DNA of 63,972 nucleotides, filler included, from Gemmatimonadota bacterium (lineage in GTDB: Bacteria > 4572-55 > J002), in assembly GCA_003697105.1 (NCBI GenBank). It is 4 parts of 4 records of this genome, joined end to end, with 100 filler letters (N's around TTAATTAATTAA, not from the genome) between each part and the next. Parts side by side here need not be neighbours in the genome. Positions count along the whole stretch, not along the records: positions 34,934 to 61,122 come from RFFQ01000174.1; positions 61,223 to 63,972 come from RFFQ01000098.1; 2 more parts are not named here. The stretch is one strand, 5' to 3'. Both the position numbers and the translations under genes were made by a program. Of the stretch, positions 58,770 to 63,972 are shown one piece after another. The stretch's first letter is position 1. The number at the start of each line of letters is the position of its first letter. A model generated the notes under the pieces. That model searched no databases, had not been told where the DNA came from, and worked only from the letters and a program-made list of their open reading frames with translations.

Positions 58770-60821
58770 TTATTTGATAAGGGTCATCATTTTCGGACCT
58801 ACTGGGGTTTCATTCACCTCAAGTTCATAGAGATATATTCCACTGGGAACAGGCAGACCGTCAGAAGTCATTCCGTCCCAGACCACCGAATGAAGACCTT
58901 CATCTTGGATTCCGATGTCAAAGGTTTTGATCCGTTGACCTTCCAGATCATAGATGTGAAGCCGCACCGGTACATCGGAAGAGTTGATCGTATAATCAAT
59001 TGTGGTCTGTGGATTAAATGGATTGGGGTAATTTTGGTGCAAAATGTGGGCTTTCGGTGCATTTTCACTTTGCGGCGGTTCGTCTCCCCCATTATAAGTC
59101 ACCATAAGTGGTGCATGGAATGTCTCCCGAAGCGTATAGGCTTCAATATCAGCCAAGCGATAAAAATAGGTCTTGCCCACAGCCACATTTGTATCCAGAA
59201 AACTATATTCGTGAGGCATAGTTGACGTTCCCGCACCGGGGATCACATCTGTACCACTGATTAATTCATAAGGATGATGTTCATCTGAGCGGCGGTAAAC
59301 GCGGAAACCCAGATTGTTGATTTCGGCGGCGGTAGTCCACCAGAGCAAAACACCATTCTTGTGCATTTCCCCATAAAATCGGTCTAATTCAACAGGTAAA
59401 GGTGTTCCATCCAGTTTCGTCCCGGGGGAGAATAAAGCACCTGCCGAACCGCTAGCCGTACTATGTTTGACAAAATCCCCCGTTATATCAGGCGAACGGG
59501 TCAGAGATTGGTTGTCCCCTCCTTCCGAGCCATATATTACTTGCATCACAAGGCTATCAGCATCGTCTTTGAGGGTAATGGTGTCACCGCTGTTGTTCAA
59601 ACTCAACCCCCCGGATGATGCCGTTTGGACGATGCTTCCTCCAAAGCTACCGGTAGGCGAGCCTCCCCCAAATACAACGATACCTTGACCCGCATTAATG
59701 ATGGTATTTGCTGGAAAAGTATGCCGAATAGAAAGCGCATCCGATAACGTCCACCCCGAAAGATCGATCGCCGTGTTTTCGTCATTAAATATCTCAACAA
59801 ACTCATCATCGGCGGTATCTACAATTCCATCGCCATTGGCATCACCCAATGTCGCATCGGGATCGGCTAAAATTTCATTGATGATCAAGTTTGGGAGGTC
59901 ATTATCGGTGATTGTCAGGTCAAAGGTAGCTTGACTACCCACTTCAGCGGCATTTCCTCCGGCGGGATTTTGAAGGGTAAAGGTAAGTGTTTCATCGGCT
60001 TCAGGGAGTGCATCATCCGTGATGATAATGGTTAATGTTTCATTGGTAGATGAATTGGCAGGAAATGTTACAGTTTGGGTGGTATAATTATCAATATCGG
60101 CGGCATCCCCAGTTGTTAGGGCCACTTCAACCGTGGTGGCATTGCTACTATCTGGGTTTGTGATGGAGATGGTTAAATTGTAGCTGCCGCTAGCTTCATT
60201 GACCGTTGCGGAAGCGGTGGTAAATTCAAGGCGTGTTGGGGTGCTTGCTCCGGCAGGTGCTAGACCAAACCCGGTCATCGTGTCATCAGTTGTAATTGTT
60301 TCATAGCGAATACTGGGGTCGCTCCATCCATCAATATCCCCAGTCGTGATACCGGAACGCAACCCAATATTTTGATCTGCCGTTGAAACTCCGCTGCCTT
60401 GCCAAGCGGTACCCGGGTCTATACCGGGTTGTCCGAACGTGTCTTTTATCTCACCTCCCACTTGAATTTGCAGAGCATCATCTCCGTTAAAGGTGAATCC
60501 TTTGAGGTAAAATGTTGCCCCGTTAGACTCAGTAATGGTTTGTAGGTCTGCTGTTCCAATAACGATCACGGCGTTTGGCGCAAGAGTACCGGTATTTAAC
60601 GTAAAATCAGGACTCAATGGAGCACCATTTGTCCCTTTTAAGACCACAAGAGTTGTTGCGGAAAAGTCGATGGTATTACCGGAGACATTCCACAATTCGA
60701 TTCCTTTTGGAGACGTTCCGGCGCCCGTCTCGATATATTGGCTGATAATTAGTTCATTTGCCCCAAAACCAGTTAAAGGTGAAATCAGGATCAGCATGAC
60801 CCAATAAATATATAAACGCAT
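58770..60821 (-). CDS. Secreted lamin-tail/Calx-beta domain protein with FlgD-Ig/T9SS C-terminal domain
   Basis: LIISQYIE..KGIELWN and LIINEILADP..DEFVEIFN..DLSGWTL (two LTDs); Calx-beta E.DETLTFTL; PLPVEL; QNYPNPFNP. GGAGG SD before ATG 60821. Confidence 0.85.
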   Translation of the reverse strand: MRLYIYWVMLILISPLTGFGANELIISQYIETGAGTSPKGIELWNVSGNTIDFSATTLVVLKGTNGAPLSPDFTLNTGTLAPNAVIVIGTADLQTITESNGATFYLKGFTFNGDDALQIQVGGEIKDTFGQPGIDPGTAWQGSGVSTADQNIGLRSGITTGDIDGWSDPSIRYETITTDDTMTGFGLAPAGASTPTRLEFTTASATVNEASGSYNLTISITNPDSSNATTVEVALTTGDAADIDNYTTQTVTFPANSSTNETLTIIITDDALPEADETLTFTLQNPAGGNAAEVGSQATFDLTITDNDLPNLIINEILADPDATLGDANGDGIVDTADDEFVEIFNDENTAIDLSGWTLSDALSIRHTFPANTIINAGQGIVVFGGGSPTGSFGGSIVQTASSGGLSLNNSGDTITLKDDADSLVMQVIYGSEGGDNQSLTRSPDITGDFVKHSTASGSAGALFSPGTKLDGTPLPVELDRFYGEMHKNGVLLWWTTAAEINNLGFRVYRRSDEHHPYELISGTDVIPGAGTSTMPHEYSFLDTNVAVGKTYFYRLADIEAYTLRETFHAPLMVTYNGGDEPPQSENAPKAHILHQNYPNPFNPQTTIDYTINSSDVPVRLHIYDLEGQRIKTFDIGIQDEGLHSVVWDGMTSDGLPVPSGIYLYELEVNETPVGPKMMTLIK

Positions 60822-60990
60822 TTTGAAGACCTCCCATACCACCGGTGTTTTTGGAAAAACGTGCTTGGTATGAGCAAAACATATCAAAATAGTAAAAAAG
60901 CGTCAACCTTTTTTTGATAAAATTAATGGAGGCAAGAGACGGGGGGGATAGTTTGCGAGCTAAATTTGGATAGGGTCAGTTTAAAACGAC

Positions 60991-61016
60991 AAATCCCCAC
61001 CTAAGAGTGGGGATTT
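60991..61016 (-). terminator. rRNA operon terminator
   Basis: AAATCCCCAC-CTAAGA-GTGGGGATTT hairpin just downstream of the 5S gene. Confidence 0.8.
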
Positions 61017-61025
61017 ATAAAGAAT

Positions 61026-61122
61026 TCCCGGCGATGCCCTACTCTCCCACACCGTCTCCAGTGCAGTACCATCGGCGCAGAAGGGCTTAACGACCGTGTT
61101 CGAAATGGGTACGGGTGTGTCC
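61026..61122 (-). rRNA. rrf: 5S rRNA (5' end lost in the gap)
   Basis: Reverse complement contains CACACCCGTACCCATTTCGAACACGGTCGTTAAG...GCCGATGGTACTGC...GTGGGAGAGTAGG...CGCCGGG. Confidence 0.95.
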
Positions 61123-61222
61123 NNNNNNNNNNNNNNNNNNNNNNNNNNNNNNNNNNNNNNNNNNNNTTAATTAATTAANNNNNNNNNNNNNNNNNNNNNN
61201 NNNNNNNNNNNNNNNNNNNNNN
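61123..61222. other. Artificial contig-joining spacer
   Basis: 44 N + TTAATTAATTAA + 44 N. Confidence 0.98.
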
Positions 61223-61534
61223 ATATGAAATAAAGGTAGAGGCTGAAAGTGGATTGAGAAATCGCCAGGTAGTAGTTTAGCCACCATTCCATTTTCCCTT
61301 ATTGATACCCTTCTCTTTTCGTATGTCCTGCCGCTGTGACCTATCGGGGCATGAATTAAGGACTGTGGTAAAATAATGCAATAACAAGGTAAATTTTACC
61401 AACCCAAACCGCCCGTCTCCTGCTTCATTTGTGGTGTTAAAATGCTTGCCTAAGGTTTCGCTGTTTATTACTCCGGCGAGGTACTGCGAACGTGGCTCCG
61501 GTATAAACAATAATCAGACAATAGCAGTTGGCGT

Positions 61535-62710
61535 ATGAAAATCACATCCATTGAAAGTTTTGTACTCTCGGATAAACTGAAACAGAGTTTTTATTTTTCC
61601 CAATGGGAGTATTCGGAAAGACGCATTTGTATCGTCAAAGTGACGAGCGATACCGGTCATGTAGGTTGGGGGGAAGGCTACGGACCGGCCACGGTCATCA
61701 AAGCGGGTATCGAACATCTGACGCCGTTTGTCTTGGGGCAAAACCCCCTTGAGACGGAAACAATCTGGAGTATCATGTATCGCCGTACGCTGGATTTTTC
61801 GCGGAGTGGTGTGATGGTTTCGGCAATGAGTGCCATTGATGTGGCTTTGTGGGATTTAAAGGGAAAAATATTGGGGCAGCCTGTACACTTACTTTTAGGG
61901 GGTAAAAAACGGGATACGATCATTCCTTATGCCACCGGGCTGTATTTTACCGACGGATGTAAATTATCCGAGATGCTTTTCAAAGAAGCTAAACTCTATG
62001 TTGAAATGGGCTACAAAGCGGTTAAAATGAAAGTAGGCCTCGGCATTGAGCAGGATATTGAGCACGTAAGAATCATACGCCAGGCCATCGGCCCTGATAT
62101 TAAACTGATGATGGATGCCAATCATGCCTATAATTTGAGGGAAGCCATACAGTTGGCTAATGCCGTTGAGCAATACGATATTTATTGGTTCGAAGAGCCC
62201 ATTTCTCCCGAATATTACAGCCAATACGCTGAGTTGCGAAGTAAAACCTCCATCCCTGTGGCCGGGGGGGAATGTGAATACCTTAGATTTGGCTTTCAGA
62301 ATTTATTGAACTCCAAATCCGTGGATATTGTACAACCCGATATTTGTGCCAGTGGCGGACTGACGGAAGCCAAGCGGATTGGCGTGCTGGCATCGGTTTA
62401 TGGCGTGGAAATAGTGCCTCATACCTGGGGCACGGGCATCGCCATCGCCGCCGCCACCCATTTTATCAGTAACCTGGATGCCATACCAGGACGGTTGAAG
62501 GCACCAAATTTTTATTTAGAATATGACCGAACAGAGAACGCCTTAAGAGAAGAACTAACTACTACCGATATGGTGGTAAAAAATGGCGAAATAAAAATAA
62601 GCGACGCGCCCGGTCTCGGTTTTGAGTTGAACGAAGAGGCTTTGCTCAAATACACGATGAAAGCGGAAAACGGGCAATTGGTAAAAAGTTCATCAAATGA
62701 TTTAAAATGA
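61535..62710 (+). CDS. Mandelate racemase/muconate lactonizing enzyme family; probable 3,6-anhydro-galactonate cycloisomerase (DauB-like)
   Basis: GWGE, SAIDVALWDLKGK, KMKVG, MDAN, WFEEP, GGECE, QPD and PHTWG motifs; FYFSQW...GEGYGPA start resembles, from memory, Zobellia DauB. Confidence 0.85.
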   Translation: MKITSIESFVLSDKLKQSFYFSQWEYSERRICIVKVTSDTGHVGWGEGYGPATVIKAGIEHLTPFVLGQNPLETETIWSIMYRRTLDFSRSGVMVSAMSAIDVALWDLKGKILGQPVHLLLGGKKRDTIIPYATGLYFTDGCKLSEMLFKEAKLYVEMGYKAVKMKVGLGIEQDIEHVRIIRQAIGPDIKLMMDANHAYNLREAIQLANAVEQYDIYWFEEPISPEYYSQYAELRSKTSIPVAGGECEYLRFGFQNLLNSKSVDIVQPDICASGGLTEAKRIGVLASVYGVEIVPHTWGTGIAIAAATHFISNLDAIPGRLKAPNFYLEYDRTENALREELTTTDMVVKNGEIKISDAPGLGFELNEEALLKYTMKAENGQLVKSSSNDLK

Positions 62711-63972
62711 ATTTTGGACACAAAAGATTGTACATCAACGGAGAACTGACGGAGGCATCTGATGGAGGCATCTATGAAATCGTTTGCCCCGGAGACGAGT
62801 CGGTAGTGGCTACCATTGCATGGGCAGGAAAAGAGGATACGGAACGGGCACTGGAAGCTGCCCGGGAAGGCTTTGAACGCTGGTCGGCCCTGCCATTGGA
62901 GGAGCGAATAGCATGGATTGAAAAGCTTCGGGATAAACTCATTGAAAAGAAGACCTTGCTCCGTGAAAGCATCATGTACGAAATGGGCAAGGTCTGGGAA
63001 GGAACTGAAGAAGACCTGACCAGCATTACGGATTCCCTCCGCTTCTATGCAGAGGAAATCAGCAAGCGACAGGATATACCCATCGAAGATAAAGAAGGCA
63101 CCCATGCGCATCGCCTGGTGTCACAACCGCTGGGTGTGGTCGTTGCATTTTTAGCTTACAATTTCCCTTTGCTCAACCTCGGATTTAAGTTGGGACCGGC
63201 GCTGGCAGCAGGCTGTTCCATTATCATAAAGCCATCGGAATTTTCTCCCTTGTCGGCTTATATTATTGGGGAGCTGTGTGAAGAAATCAATTTTCCGAAG
63301 GGGGTTATCAATATACTCTGCGGCGATGTGCCGAATGTGGGCATTCCGCTTTGCGAAAGCAAAATTCCCCGGCTTATCACGATGATTGGCTCGACCCAAA
63401 CTGCCCAAAAACTCATCGCTCAAAGCAGCAAAACTTCCATCAAAAGGTACAGCATGGAATGTGGAGGCAATGCGCCATTCATCGTTTGTGAAGATGCGGA
63501 TTTGGAACTGGCAGTCAACATCGGTTCGGCGTTGAAAATCGGGAACTCCGGTCAGATATGCGTCGCCCCAAATCGGTTCTACATCCACGAATCGGTGATT
63601 GATGAGTTTACCAACAGGATGGTGGAGAAATTCAGAAATGTCAAGGTTGGATTCGGGCGGCAAAACCATCCCGATATGGGCCCATTGGCTAACAAACAGT
63701 CTGTGGCAAAAGTCAGCGGCATCGTAAAGAAAGCACTTGAGCAGGGTGGTGAGCTGTTGTACGGTGGACAGCCGATAGAGCGCCCTGGTTATTATTTCCA
63801 ACCAACAGTCGTTCGGTTGGATGATAATAAAGCAGAGGTTTTGCAACACGAGATTTTCGGTCCGGTGGCGCTCATTGTGCCATTTTCCACAAAAGAAGAA
63901 GTCATTGAATTGGCTAATGCCGTGGATGCCGGGCTGGCATCCTATGTTTTTTCGAAAAACGAAGAAACACTC
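62707..63972 (+). CDS. Aldehyde dehydrogenase, 3'-partial; probable 3,6-anhydro-galactose dehydrogenase (DauA-like)
   Basis: Not in the ORF track. ATGA overlap with the upstream stop; MNFGHKRLYING...PLGVV...AYNFP...KPSE...SMECGGNAP...NSGQICVAP...EIFGPV; open to the window end. Confidence 0.88.
   Translation, partial: MNFGHKRLYINGELTEASDGGIYEIVCPGDESVVATIAWAGKEDTERALEAAREGFERWSALPLEERIAWIEKLRDKLIEKKTLLRESIMYEMGKVWEGTEEDLTSITDSLRFYAEEISKRQDIPIEDKEGTHAHRLVSQPLGVVVAFLAYNFPLLNLGFKLGPALAAGCSIIIKPSEFSPLSAYIIGELCEEINFPKGVINILCGDVPNVGIPLCESKIPRLITMIGSTQTAQKLIAQSSKTSIKRYSMECGGNAPFIVCEDADLELAVNIGSALKIGNSGQICVAPNRFYIHESVIDEFTNRMVEKFRNVKVGFGRQNHPDMGPLANKQSVAKVSGIVKKALEQGGELLYGGQPIERPGYYFQPTVVRLDDNKAEVLQHEIFGPVALIVPFSTKEEVIELANAVDAGLASYVFSKNEETL

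Noticed and set aside
62512-63849. Minus-strand ORFs of 199 aa and 232 aa
   Set aside because: They are antisense to the motif-rich plus-strand ALDH that runs off the window.

Overview
Bacterial genomic DNA made of four contigs joined by artificial 100-nt spacers (44 N + TTAATTAATTAA + 44 N at 21987-22086, 34834-34933 and 61123-61222), typical of a concatenated draft genome or MAG. Gene content points to a diderm FCB-group organism, possibly a KSB1/Calditrichota-like lineage (inference): LPS heptosyltransferase, Skp, PorV plus a C25 peptidase, and several proteins ending in an NYPNP(F)-type FlgD-Ig/T9SS sorting domain. Contig 1: envelope, signalling, T9SS and peptidoglycan recycling (hflX, argF, C25/PorV, ygfZ-like, cobB, amgK/murU, aldolase-SDR). 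Contig 2: menG/menB, an LVIVD-repeat protein, an S46 peptidase, pgsB plus a tandemly duplicated pgsC, and an HNH-BCCP-receiver-cyclase-mutase run. Contig 3: an ABC permease/M1 aminopeptidase cluster interrupted by pabBC, a GT2-GT4-wzm-wzt operon, then ffs (large SRP RNA)-polA-like-dnaX-ybaB-pilT-like-recR-mglB-mglA-pgsA-pgpA, Skp and a 5S rRNA 3' part. Contig 4: an enolase-superfamily/ALDH pair resembling the DauB/DauA 3,6-anhydrogalactose pathway. Most notable: (i) a family A polymerase with no 5'-nuclease domain and a candidate beta-clamp motif (QDDLF) in its thumb, directly upstream of dnaX; (ii) a PilT-like ATPase with two N-terminal domains inserted between ybaB and recR next to mglBA; (iii) the fused PgsC-PgsC protein. 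No CRISPR array, tRNA or transposase was seen. All family calls come from motif recognition by eye, without database searches.
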